A DNA stretch of 64,000 bases, taken from positions 110,856,001 through 110,920,000 of the forward strand of contig NC_043001.1 of assembly GCF_006345805.1 (NCBI RefSeq), in the 5' to 3' direction. The DNA comes from Octopus sinensis. Taxonomy: Eukaryota. Both the position numbers and the translations under genes were made by a program. Below the pieces are notes generated by a model that saw only the letters and a list, made by a program, of their open reading frames with translations, was not told where the DNA came from and did not search any database. Below are positions 51,750 through 64,000 of the stretch, one piece after another (positions within the stretch are counted from its first letter, which is position 1; each line of letters begins with the position of its first letter).

Positions 51750-53100
51750 CAGAAATTTCTCTTGAGAAATATTGTGCTACTTGTGTATAATTATTTCTGA
51801 ATCTCATCAAGGTTTCTACATCCTCTTCACAAACTCCGTTATTGTACCCTCTAGCTAGTAGTTTTCCATTAAATCCTTTGCCCTCTCAAGAAATTATAGG
51901 TCAAAATATTTAATCTTGAAGCGTCTGCTGCACCTAACAGTGCTTATTTGTATATTTTTAGGGTTTACTTACATATTGTTTTCTTAGATATAATTTTTAT
52001 TAATTTCGCAGGGATTGATGCATTTCCATTCATCAGCTCTCTTCAAACTAGCTTCTCATCAGCTAGGGTTATAATTCCTGCACATAGAGAACGGATATCT
52101 TACACTAAGTGACTCATCCTCTTAGCAGTCATATCTTCTCTTTTCCTTCATCATGGTATTTCTTCTCGCCTCTCCACTCTTTCCATTATCCCAGTTTTCC
52201 TGTTTTCTCTTTCACAATCAGAACGTGTTTGGTTTTGATAAGTAGTAACAAACGTTTCAGCAATTTTAGCTGACAACATTTTCAAATTCTTGAAATAAAC
52301 ACTCATAACACAGAATTATTTCTCGGGAATGACATAAGAATTCATCTACTTGCTTCAGTACTGTGGAATTCATTTCTTTCTAGCTTTCTAAAATATCCTG
52401 ACGATCTTCTAGATTCTTGGTGCGGTTTATATCTTGAAACATTCATTTGCTGTCGATGATATGCTTGGTTTCATCGTTACCTCAGAAACAATTACCCATA
52501 TCACTTTTTTTTTGCTAAAAATTCAAACAAACTCTTGTTTCAGTGATAATATATTAACTTAGTCTTCTTTCCCTATTAATATTCGATTGTATGGATGTAG
52601 CTAATACGAAACTCCAGCGGAATAAACTTTTGAAAGTCGTTTCCAAGTTCTTAAGTTTTGAAATATTATAGTCTTCGTGACGGGAATGGCTATTTGCCTT
52701 TTCTGTTTGTCCAGAAACCAACTGCCATTATCATCTTTAAAGTTAGTGATTGCCACGCATTGATGACACTACGGTGCCTGTTCAACACCCATCGGCACTA
52801 AAATCTGTTCTGAAGATGGGTGTATCCTTTGTATTCTGCTTTCTGACCTTGTTGACATGCTACGGAAGATACATCTGGACATTTGGTACATCCATGTGTA
52901 CTTAAATTAATTGATGTGTCGGATTCGAATGCATGTGCCGAACAAACAGAAACTGCTTCGGAGAAGCCCATTGAAGGTACAATAGTGAAGATATCTTTCC
53001 ATAACTGATTATGTCTTCCACCTTTTGTGCAGGATTATTTTAAGTGAAATTATAGGCTCTTGGAGAACCAAATAATGCTACCTGGATATTGCACTTGAAC
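51750..53100 (-). mobile_element. old CR1/L2-type LINE ORF2 relic
   Basis: Eroded remnants: VMERYLHYCTFNGLL, a KAFDKV-like gcatgtcaacaaggtc, and a DLGVIVSE-like gatatgggtaattgtttctgag; many stops. Confidence 0.35.
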
Positions 53101-53149
53101 ATATTCAACTCGTCTGAATTTGGAGAGGTGTAATAGATTTAGTTTGGTG

Positions 53150-53187
<38 letters not shown>

Positions 53188-56100
53188 GCGCCATAAACCA
53201 CGTGTCGGTTACTTTAGTGTCCTGAAAATTCTTGATTATGCTCACAAACCAACTGTTTCGGCCCTTTTCGTCGTTCCGTGTTGCCGCTTTTACCAAAAAG
53301 TGCAGAATTTGAAAATGTTTCCTCTGAGAAACTGTTCTCTCGCAGTGCCACGACATCGGTTTTGAAAAGAGGGAATAGTTTTTAGATGTAACGTACATTG
53401 TTTTAATCTTTCTGTGATATTAATTTCAACATGTTTACTTAGATTTTACGCTTCAAAGATCTTGGATCAATTTTTGTATTTTTCAACCGAAGGAAGGATG
53501 AGACACTGATTGCAGTTTCCCAAGAAGTGACTAGAATCTAAAATTTCAAAGCTCCATGCAGAGTGAAATAGAAATACCTAGACATAAATGTAGAATTTGA
53601 ACCCACTATAAGCTACATGCTCTTGAGAAGGTAATAGTCACACAACTAACGCAAACATTCAGATCTAGACTAGAAACCCTAATTAACACGAAATCTATTT
53701 TCCTTGTCCTTATCGCAACACCATTAGGCTATTGAAGCAAGATTAATATAAAATAAATTTGAAGGAAATATAAAATATAAGCGAGATTGAAAGCCTCGAT
53801 TACTTTACAGCGCCAAGAGAGTGATTCACACTGGTCGCAGTACAAACCTCTGTCGCATTGACGGAATTGGACAGACAGCTCAAGATAATGAAATAGCGAC
53901 AGAACTCCGCTGACTCGTTTTGTAGTATCGTTCTTGGCGTCTCTTTGGCAAAACGTCTGACGTTGCCCTCCTCTGCCATTTTAAATGCTTTTGAGATCAA
54001 GCATTGTTGTTGTCTGCAACTGCTTGTTCTGCCGCTAGAGCCTTCAATTGAATTTGTTCGTGTTTATTTACATTGCCGCCATGGGTGGATCTACCAAACG
54101 CACTACACACCCGGCGGCGTAGTTTTTTTAGCTCATTTAAACACGCAAATCCTCGGCTAACCCAAGAAAAGACAGTCAGGGCGATATATATGCGTGTGTA
54201 TGTGTATCTGTGTTCATGTGTATGCCCATGTCTGTGTATACTTTACTATACATAGCCTAAGTATGCACACAACCACAATTACACAAATGTTCGTTCACAA
54301 ACACAAATATACACTCACTAACGTATATGCAACTCTCATCTCTCAAATATATTGCATAATCACGCACAAGTAAATTCCCTAGAAACCTAGAGCACTTATT
54401 CCTTTGTTTTTATTATTATTTTTATATTCACATTCTCGTGTCTTTTACCACAACATCGTTTTATTATTTTTTACGATTTCACATTTATTCACAAACATAA
54501 CAATTTATCGTCGGCTTGCCATCTTGTTATACTCCTGTGGTCTAACAGAAAGTTGTCTTTTTCTGTCTTTTCAATTACCATTTTCAATCTATAGCTTTAA
54601 TGCAGACTACTTTATTTTTTTGGCTTCATTTTTCCAATTTCTATTTATATTTATTTTCTAACGGATGTTTTGTAGCTCTTTCTTACTTTGTCTACAATTT
54701 CTGTGTCCTTTATTCTCACGCTGCACAAACCACAAATAAGGCGTGTTTAAATACATTTTGCTAAAGACATTTGTTTCTAGAATGAAAATCTGCCCTATAT
54801 TGTCCTTTTCTGTTATTCTTTTATTCTGTCTGCCATCCTCAAAATATTAGAGATGTGACTTGAGTGCTTTATACACGTTTTATAATATGATTCACAACAT
54901 GAAATGCTACAGAGATTAAAGATCTCCTTCATAGCAGTTTTCGGGATGGTAAGTTTCAATTATACGAAACGCGAACTACGCGACAGAGTGTCTGAAGGCA
55001 CACGAGTCAGATATATAGCGCGTATTATGGTGACATGGAGGCGCGATCCACTGCAAACAGTTGTAATATTTAACTCCTAGAACATAACGTAATTATTTAA
55101 GCAATTACAAGGGGGTCACTGGTGTAATACAACAGCAAAAGCTAAAAGAAATTAAATAACATTGGCGAAGGATGACCCGAATGTCAAGATAACAGACACA
55201 GTTCTGTACAGTCTATTTCATTGGCATGACTGAAAGTAACATCTACCCGGTCAATCCGCCTGCTTGATATAACCAGCAACATTCCCTGGAATTAAGCTAT
55301 ACATTATTAAAAACTACAGAAGGATAAATTCCTCCTTATTATAAGAGAAAGTAGCCACAAAGAGAACATATACCTTCGATCGAATCCATCTACTTAAAGA
55401 GTGAATAGATTTATTTAATGAAGGGGAAACGTTATTTGCAGATTCTGCGCGAAGGGAGACGGTCTCTCTACCCAAAGAAAGAATGGAGATTTCTGCAGCT
55501 AAACCCACTGCGCTATGGTGGGTGTGTATGTTTGCATATCCAAATTTCTTGCACTAAATGTCATAGACTTCGGGAAAATGTTTACTAGAATCAATCCCAT
55601 CCTTATTAGATTCGTTTAGAATTCTAGGCTGTCACCTCGTTAAACGATGATATATATTGGATGAAAGAACAGATCAGAATTTTTTCATCTGCCCACGAGG
55701 AGTTACGACGTGAAAACTGATTTAGTGTATTTTATTCTTTGGATAGACTAAAATAATCTGCAACTAACATGTACAGACTATCGAGCTACGTCTCGATAGT
55801 CTCAAAAGAGAAAGCAGCGCGATAATCTAAAAGAGATTAATCATAATTCATACAGAAGTCGAGAAACTTTGCTTAGGTGCAATCACTGTCTTTTTATGTG
55901 TATGATTTCTATACATCTGTGCCTCTGATTCTGTTATCTTTGAACATAACAACATATGTATTCAATCCTCCGCTGTGTGGTATTTTCATTCTCCACTTTC
56001 CAAGTCTAAATTAATCCATGCATTCTCCTTTTAAATCCATATAACCTGAAAGAAAAGCAAACCAGAATGAATGGAAAATGCAGCTGGGGAGATTTATTTG

Positions 56101-57388
56101 TAGCATTGTACGAAAAGCATGGGAAAATGCGTCTGAGTGCGGCTACCAGCCGGATCACCGTGATATTTTCTTTAACAAAACACAGTATTTAACTGTAACG
56201 CACTTGAAAATGATTGCTCGCCTCAGTTAGGGGATCGCACTCCTATGAGCTGATCTTCCGCGTGTTTGGGTGTTTGTACTCTTGCTAATGTACTATTGGA
56301 ATCGGTACTTCTCCCCGGCCTGGTGAGCGCGTAGGCTCGCGACTTTCTTATTAATGGCGTGGGTGTGTGAACACGTGCGTGCACACTGGAACACACACTA
56401 ATATATTTTCTTTCATAGACATCTGTTCCTACACCAAAGCTTATTCAGCACCCCACAAATTAAGAATCAACACAGTTTTAATTAGTTTGTAATCTCCTTG
56501 TCTTTAAAATCTAATTCCACCTTTTTATCGTATGGTCTTATTGATTCCATTCAATAGGGTTTGTAGCAAGTGCTATTTATAGAACATTTAATATAGGAAT
56601 CAAACTCAATTAACATTTTAAGTCAGATAACTTTACAGCTCTTTCCTTATTTCCTGTCGTGTTCAGTGGTTTAGCATTCATGTTTGCTAACGAAGTATCC
56701 GGGCTTTTGTTGTTGTTTCGGGTTAGCTAAATTTTATTCGTCAGCAGAAAGGGAGAGCAAAGCGTAAAGAACAAAACAAATGAAATCTTGAAACGCAACA
56801 GCTATACATTTGGTATGATGCATGAGTGCGTATGTGTGTGTGCGTTGTGTTGTGTGTGTGTGTAGGTAGCTGTATTTTATTCTTTGTACTGTCTTTGCAA
56901 TACATCCAACAGCGTGTGTCTCGAAACGTTAAAGAGGTGATACATATCTAATAAAATTTATATAGGATAAACATATAGACACCATGGCTTCAAATATCCA
57001 TACATAGCTGATTCCAAAATCTGCTTCCCTTTGACTGTTGGTTAGATGCATCTACATTGTTCCGTGGGTTTGTGTGTTCGTACTCTCGTTAATGCAGTAT
57101 TGGAATGAGGATTTCGCCCCGACCTGGTGGGAGTGATGTACTACGATATCTATTCTTCCTCACGTATCCAAATATCGATTTTGCGTAATGAGAGAAGAAT
57201 CGGTTGAGCTACAATAAAATGTTTTCGCGATGTATACTAAAGTCCTTTTACGTTCAAGTTTTAGATCTTGCAGACGATGTCTTAGGGTTTCTGTAGAGAC
57301 AAAGAAGCTACTCATCAAATACTGTGTCTTAGTAAATTAATGCCCTAGAGTTGTAAGAAGTATATTGTAATATTACACGAATACTCGT

Positions 57389-57600
57389 TTTCTTTACTCT
57401 TTTACTTGTTTCAGTCACTTGTCCGTAGCCATGCTGGAGCTATGATTTTAGTCGAGCAAATCGACCAGGACTTATTTTTGTAAGCCTAGTACTTATTCTA
57501 TCAGTCTCTTTTGCCGAACCTCTAAGTTACAGGGCCGCAAACACACCAGATTCAGTTGTCAAGCGATGAGGGGGTATAAACACAGACACACAAACATACG

Positions 57601-57636
<36 letters not shown>

Positions 57637-57803
57637 CATATACGACGGGCTTCTTTCAGTTTCCGTACCAAGTCCACTCAAAATGCTCTGGTCAGCCCAA
57701 GGTTATAGTAGAAGACACTTGCCCAAGGTGCCACGTGGTAGGACTGAACCCGGAACCATGTGGTTGGTAAGCAAGCTACTTACCACACAGCCACTCCTAC
57801 GCC
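57389..57803 (-). mobile_element. SINE family B, full length
   Basis: Reverse complement of the 25232-25628 structure. Confidence 0.92.
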
Positions 57804-58044
57804 TTAGAATCGCTTAGAGTAACGATAAACATCTTTTCATTCAACAGAATGAACTGTAAAATCGATTTAATTCTACTTCTCGGAAATCAATTTCATATGA
57901 AAATGGCCTAATACGCCCTGCAAGAATGAGATTGGTGCATTGACTCGCTTAGTCACGGGATGGGAAGTTTTAGCACAGTAGAATGTAAATCAAGACATAG
58001 TAGACGTAACTAATATATATATTTTATATTTTTCTAAGCCATTT

Positions 58045-58284
58045 TAAAGCCTAGCCAGGCTCATGGGCCCGATTTCCCGGGTTCAATGGGGTAAGTGTTC
58101 CCCCCAGATGAACGGGACGCCAGTCCATCGCAGTGTTACTCATTTTGCCAGCTGAGTGGACTGGAGCAACGTGAAATGAAGTGTTTTGCTGAAGAACACG
58201 ACGCGTCGCCCGGTCCAGGAATCGAAACCACAAACTTACGATCATGGTGCTGACACCCTAACCACTAAGCCACACGCTTCCACA
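58045..58284 (-). mobile_element. tRNA-derived SINE family C
   Basis: Minus: A-box tggcttagtgg, B-box ggtttcgattcc, central gcgatggactggcgtcc (V-domain-like). Confidence 0.8.
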
Positions 58285-58286
58285 GC

Positions 58287-58765
58287 TAATACCTACACTG
58301 GTTAATAAGTCAGCATCATAAAGCCAAATATGTTGACAAATGATATAAGCATCACCCTAAGTCTGTAAGTCAGGCAGAAATTGTAAATGTTCTTTGGTAT
58401 TTTCCGGTACATACAGAGAGAACCATCATCTAAAAACAACGGATATAGTTGTAGAAGCTTAACAAAATAAAGCTTGTTCATTGATCGACATGACTATTCC
58501 TTATGATCATAATATGTCGGCAAAACATTTAGGCATGCTTAGAAAATATAAAGATTTGCTCATTAATATCGATAAAATGTGGCATATCATGGTGGTTACA
58601 ATCAGTGATTATAATAGAACTGGAAATGACCAAACAAGATGAAAATTATTTGATAATGATCCCTGGTTTACCATCCTTGCACGAAGTACAAAAGAATGTT
58701 TTAACTGGTACGTTATACGTATTCGCAAGATCAGTGTCGTTGTGAGAGCAATTACAACGTGGGTA
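58287..58765 (+). mobile_element. old, diverged R4/Dong endonuclease-domain relic
   Basis: Colinear with 60657-61110 (ttgatcgacatga..at.cc..atgatcataatat; agaaaatataaaga; atgatccctgg.ttaccatcc) but with many substitutions and stops. Confidence 0.8.
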
Positions 58766-58934
58766 AATAACTTTTTATTTAGAGTTATACCAACATAATT
58801 TCATTTGATTTTGTAAGTGAACGATCTGGCATGCTTATTTTAATGGACTATCAATGTAATGTATAAAGTGAGTTTCCTTGCTCTAGGTAACAGAAAGCAC
58901 TCGACTAGAAACGGATACAAAATTGACAGAAGGA

Positions 58935-61276
58935 AGCTATTCAATGGAATTATGAGAGACCCAAAGAAAACACCTGAATGGTTAGCAAGTGGCATTACTT
59001 ACCTACTCCCAAAGAATAACGAAACCAACCTTCCAAAAAACTATCGGCCTATAACCTGTCTATCCACCACGTATAAAATCCTAACATCTATCCTGGCGGA
59101 GAAAACATATGCATTCATGGAGAAGAACGATATTTTCCCCACTGAACAAAAAGGGTGCCGCCGAGGCTCTTACGGATGCAAAGATCAACTGCTAATCAAT
59201 CGTATGATCCTTGAGAACTGTCACAACAAGCGCAGAAATCTCAGCACCGCATGGATTGACTATAAAAGGCCTTCGACAGTATACCGCATCCATGGATCTT
59301 GAGATCGCTGGACATCTTCAAAATTTCCCCTGTGATTTCAAACTTCCTGAAGCACAATATGTCGTTGTGGAATACGAATCTCTAATTATACCACTCTAAT
59401 GGAGTACTTACCTCAGAAAATATAAACATCAACTGTGGAATTTTTCAAGGTGACTCACTTTCACCTTTAATATTCTGCATAGCCCTAATACCCCTTACAA
59501 GTGAATTAACAGAACAGGGTATGGGTATAAAATTGCCAATAAAAAATTAAGCCATCTATTTTATATGGATGACTTAAAACTTTATGGTAAAGACAATAAT
59601 GAACTTGAAGGCCTATTGCGCACCGTGAAAGCATTCAGCGATGACATCGGGATGGAGTTTGGACTTGAGAGTGTGCCAAGGCCACTTTCCAGAAAGGGAA
59701 AGTGAAGACCACAAATTCAGTCGTGTTAGATGTTGACACAGTCACAAGAGAGCTTGAGCAAGAACAAACATACAAATATTTAGGGATAAATGAAGGCTCT
59801 GGTATTCAGCATGCAAGCATGAAAGAGAAAATCAGGAAGGAATGTTATAGGAGAGTTCGTGCAGTCCTGAAATCTGAACTAAATGCACGTAACAAGGTGT
59901 TAGCTATAAATTCCTTAGCAGTTCCAGTTGTTACTTATAGCTACAATGTGTTGAACTGGAATATGAGTGAAGTAAAGAATATAGATAGGAAAATACGCAA
60001 GCTGCTGAGTTGTAATAGGATGCACCACCCAAAGGCAGACGTAGATCGCCTTTACCTTCCCAGAGCCCAAAGAGGTCGAGGCCTGATCCTATTTGAACTC
60101 GCTTACAAAACAACCACAATTGGACTGGCCAAATATCTCGAAATATCGAATGACTGGATGCTAAAGCTCGTGGAAAATCACGAGAGACGAAAGAATCTTC
60201 ATTCTATCATCAAGGAAAGCAAAAAATTTGCTATTGATCTCGTGCAGGATACCCAAACTGAACAACCCGAGGGAAGTACGGCAACTATTGTTGCAAAGAA
60301 GGTGAAAATGATGGCAATGAAAAAAGCGCACGAGCAATTGGCTGATAGGTGGGAGGAGAAACCTCTGCACGGCAAATATGTGACCCGCAGCAAACAAGCT
60401 GATGTTGACCAGAAGCAAACCCATCAGTGGCTACGGAGCTCAGGGCTAAAAGCAAGAGCGAAGGTTTCATCCTGGCTGCTCAAGACCAAAGCCTATTAAC
60501 CCGGAACTACCAGGCCAATGTGATGAAAAATGGAGCAGACCCAAAATGCCGATTCTGCAACGACACGATTGAAACAGTGGACCACCTAATCTCTGGATGT
60601 AAAGTCTTAGCACCAGTGGAGTATGAATTAAGACATGACAGAGTTGGCCAATATCTCCACTGGCTAATAAGTCGGCATTACAATATCAAAACTGCCGACA
60701 AGTGGTATAATCACCACCCTGAGGCTGTAACTGAAGGAGAAAATGTAACCATTCTGTGGACTTTCCAGTACATACAGACCAAACCTTCAAGGCCAATAAA
60801 CCAGATATTGTTGTGAAAGACCAAACAATAAAGTTTGCTTATTGATCGACATGAGCATCCCCTGTGATCATAATATCTAAGCGAAAGAGTTTGACAAGCT
60901 CAGAAAATATAAAGACCTACTCATTGAAATTGAGAAAATGTGGCATCTCAAGGCGGTTACAATACCAGTGATCGTAGGAGCACTAGGAATGATCAAGAAG
61001 GGAACCGAAAATTATATGAGATGATCCCTGGCTTACCATCCCTGCAAGAAGTGCAAAAGATTGTCTTAACTGGTACATCACACGTATTGAGATGAGCATT
61101 GTCGATGTGAGAACTGTTGCTGCCCATGTATTTTAATTTAACTTTAAAAAATAACAAAAAGAAAAAAAAAATGAACGAACTACTGAGTTTGGTTTAATGG
61201 CCTACCAATATATACTATGAGTCGGGAAGACACTCGGCAAGAAATGGAAGCAAATTTGAAAGAAGAAAAAAAGAAG
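58935..61276 (+). mobile_element. R4/Dong family A copy 2 (RT + CCHC + RLE), 5'-truncated
   Basis: Near-identical to the reverse complement of 33259-35460; keeps GIFQGDSLSP (59430-59465) and YMDD (~59565); 3' (TAA)n tail at 61277. Confidence 0.95.
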
Positions 61277-61745
61277 TAATAATAATAATAATAATATTAA
61301 TAATAATACGAAGAAATAGAAGAAGAAGAAGAAGAAGAAGAAGAAGAAGAAGAAGAAGAAGAAGAAGAAGAAGAAGAAGAAGAAGAAGAAGAAGAAGAAG
61401 AAGACGAAGAAGAAGAAGACGAAGAAGACGAAGAAGAAGAAGAAGAAGCAGAAAAAGAAGAGGAGGAAGAAAACGAAGACGAAGAAGAAGAAGAAAAGGG
61501 AGAAACCGAAGACGAAGAAGAAGACGAAGAAGAAGAAGAAGAAGAAGAAGAAGAAGAAGACGAAGAAGAAAACGAAGAAGTAGATGAAGAAGAAGAAGAA
61601 GAAAACGAAGAAGTAGATGAAGAAGAAGAGAAGAAAACGAAGAAGTAGATGAAGAAGAAGAAGAAGAAGAAGAAGAAGAAGAAGAAGAAGAAGAAGAAGA
61701 AGAAGAAGAAGAAGAAGAAGAAGAAGAAGAAGAAGAAGAAGAGGA
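61277..61745 (+). repeat. (TAA)n grading into ~430 bp of (GAA)n with variants
   Basis: Directly visible; includes three copies of gaagaaaacgaagaagtagat. Confidence 0.95.
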
Positions 61746-62225
61746 GTAGGAATCGAAGAAATAGAAGAAGAAAAAGAATGACGACGACGAAAATAATGTC
61801 GATGATGATGGAAAATTATTATCGTTATTACTCAGACGTTTTTGAATGCTAATTAAATTACCAAGGATGTTGTCTTAAGTAAAAAAAACTGAAACTTGTA
61901 ATTAAATTTGCAAATAACAGTTTTGAAGTCACAATAATCGCCCCAAATCTTGAGAATATTGCTTAGGAGTCTTGCGATCCGGTTGTTGTAATAAGTGCTA
62001 TAATTACCACAGAAACAGCTGTCGCATTTGTAATTCTTCTCTATATATACATATATGAAGTATTTAGCGATGTCAAACTTATTATACGAATTATATTTTT
62101 AAGTTCATCGAGTTCTTACATTTTGTTCACTTTGCCTCAAAGCGTAAGGTCATATCTAACCGAAGAGACTTTACTGTTACATGTATGCACTTTTGTTTAT
62201 TTTGACTAAACAGGTAACTCTCTGT

Positions 62226-62630
62226 TTTTTTACTCTTTTACTTGTTTCAGTCACTTGAGTGCGGCCATGCTGGAGCACCGCATTTAGTCGAGCAAATTGA
62301 CCCTGAGACTTATTCTTTGTAAGCATAGTACTTATTATATCGGTTTCTTTTGCCAAACCGCTAAGTTACGGGGACGCAAACACTCCAGCATCGATGGTCA
62401 AGCGATGTTGGGGGAACAAACACAAACACACAAACACACACACACATATATATGCATATACATATATACGACGAGCATCTTTCAGTTTCCGTCTACCAAA
62501 TCTACTCACAAGGCTTTGGTCGGCCCGATGTTATAGTAGAAGACACTTACCCAAGGTGCCACGCAGTGGGACCGGAACCGAAACCATATGGTTGGTAAGA
62601 AAGCTACTTAGCACACAGTCACCCCTGCGC
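62226..62630 (-). mobile_element. SINE family B, full length
   Basis: Reverse complement of the 25232-25628 structure, ending cctgcgcc. Confidence 0.9.
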
Positions 62631-63465
62631 CTAAGATAAGGATATTATCTAACAATGAGAGTCATACGTTGTGAGATATTCTCTGTGTTATATTTTCCAG
62701 TAAATCAAGAGATCATATAGAAACTATGCGCAAAAGTTTTCGAGAAACGGACCATGTTAGACATGGTTCATCGTTGGACGTACTGCACTCTTTAAAAAAT
62801 CAAAAGTAAATTTTCGCTAGTGATGCCAATCAGAAAATCTCATAGGCCGCAGTCTGCCCGTGTCAGATGTAGGTCTGTTTCTATAGTCTTCCTTATCCAA
62901 TTATCACCAACCTAGATTGCGTAAAAGTCGGTCAGGCGTACAATCCCACCAAATTCCTAACAAATCAACTCGAATGATCCCCTGTAAAGACATCGGAGTC
63001 TAAGTTGGAATCTTTTGAGCACTACTTAGTGTCTTCTATACTGAAAATTCCTTGGTCTAATCTGTGAATTATCTTTTGCTCGGTTACACACAGATAACAC
63101 TCATGGATAAGCAATTCTTGGGCACGGCTAAAAAGAATATCCCATTCCTACCGAGACATCTCCTCATGGAACTCCAACAACATAAAAATAACGACTTTAT
63201 ATCTACATCTTTCTTTTACCCATTTACCTTCCTCTGTCGCTTGTACTCTTTGCAAGTAGGACCTATTAATACACATACCTATATATTTATACATAAAAAT
63301 TCATCACTTGAATGTTTCCACCTTTTCTTTCTCTCGTTCTGCATGCATACTTATATACATATTTTGTATTTGATATATTTAATATATATAATATATTTGA
63401 TCGGTCTAATTTGTTTATCCGCATAATTGCCTCTATATACATACATACATACATACATCCATACA

Positions 63466-63500
<35 letters not shown>

Positions 63501-64000
63501 TTATGTATACATTTATGAAACATAATGGCACACAAAGGCGCCTACCTGCCGGAAAGAGGAGTCAAAAACCTCATTTTAACCACCAATAATAACACTGAAA
63601 TATACGACAGAAAAAACAACAGTAGTTGACCGAACGGGCCAAAAACAATATTTCACATAGCTATATAGCTCAATGCTATATATGTCTTGGATTTTGGATA
63701 TACATGCGTATTACTGGATGAAAACCTTTTCAACTCGTCACGTTAAAATCTGCCGGTGTTCTGAATTGTTTATATATGTATTGTTATATATGTATGTACT
63801 CATCTATGTGCGTAAGTATTTGTGTCTATGTTTGCACTTCATATTTCCCCACTGCTGCCTGACATGCGTTGATGATGCGTTTACGGTCCTGTAACGTAGT
63901 AGTTCCACCAAAAAAATGTTAAAATATGTACAAAGTTTTAGACAAAGTACCGGGGTTGATTTTTTTCGCCTAAAATTCTTCAAGGCAATGATCCAGCATG

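Noticed and set aside
52005-52065. Two minus-strand CTGATGA cores
   Set aside because: No stem II followed by GAAAC with matching stems.
56223-56385. Minus-strand 53-codon frame VHARVHTPTPLIRKSR…SPN* as a terminal exon
   Set aside because: Its paralogous copy at 57.1 kb shows mostly non-synonymous changes in this frame; the length is unremarkable for GC-rich DNA.
62850-63200. Minus-strand GVP*GDVS as an RT motif remnant
   Set aside because: A single short eroded motif with no supporting neighbouring RT motifs.

Overview
Eukaryotic, very AT-rich, repeat-dominated DNA. The SINE families, (AT)n/(TAA)n microsatellites and R4/Dong LINEs look like a cephalopod (Octopus-type) genome; this is my inference, not a database result. 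I see no rRNA, true tRNA, CRISPR or prokaryotic operon, and most ORF-track entries are microsatellite translations. Supported content: two ~2.3 kb 5'-truncated R4/Dong-type non-LTR retrotransposons (RT + CCHC + restriction-like endonuclease) in inverted orientation; a (TAA)n landing-pad cluster of Dong relics from at least three families, partly tandem-duplicated; two Helitrons (one keeping a RepHel N-terminal relic with 23-aa STPR-like repeats); mariner and maT relics; a TA-flanked MITE; about 18 tRNA-derived SINE loci; four degenerate minimal hammerhead ribozyme motifs of the Penelope type; and a 484-bp repeat array with a fold-back junction at the window start. The best host-gene candidate is a 188-bp minus-strand exon (28968-29155) whose peptide resembles both a molluscan insulin B-chain and a class B GPCR ectodomain. 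I cannot support a clearly new biological system. The best leads are that exon, a duplicated 72-bp ATG+donor module (56.3/57.1 kb), the hammerhead set and the Dong landing pad. Boundaries were read by eye and are approximate unless a junction is quoted.
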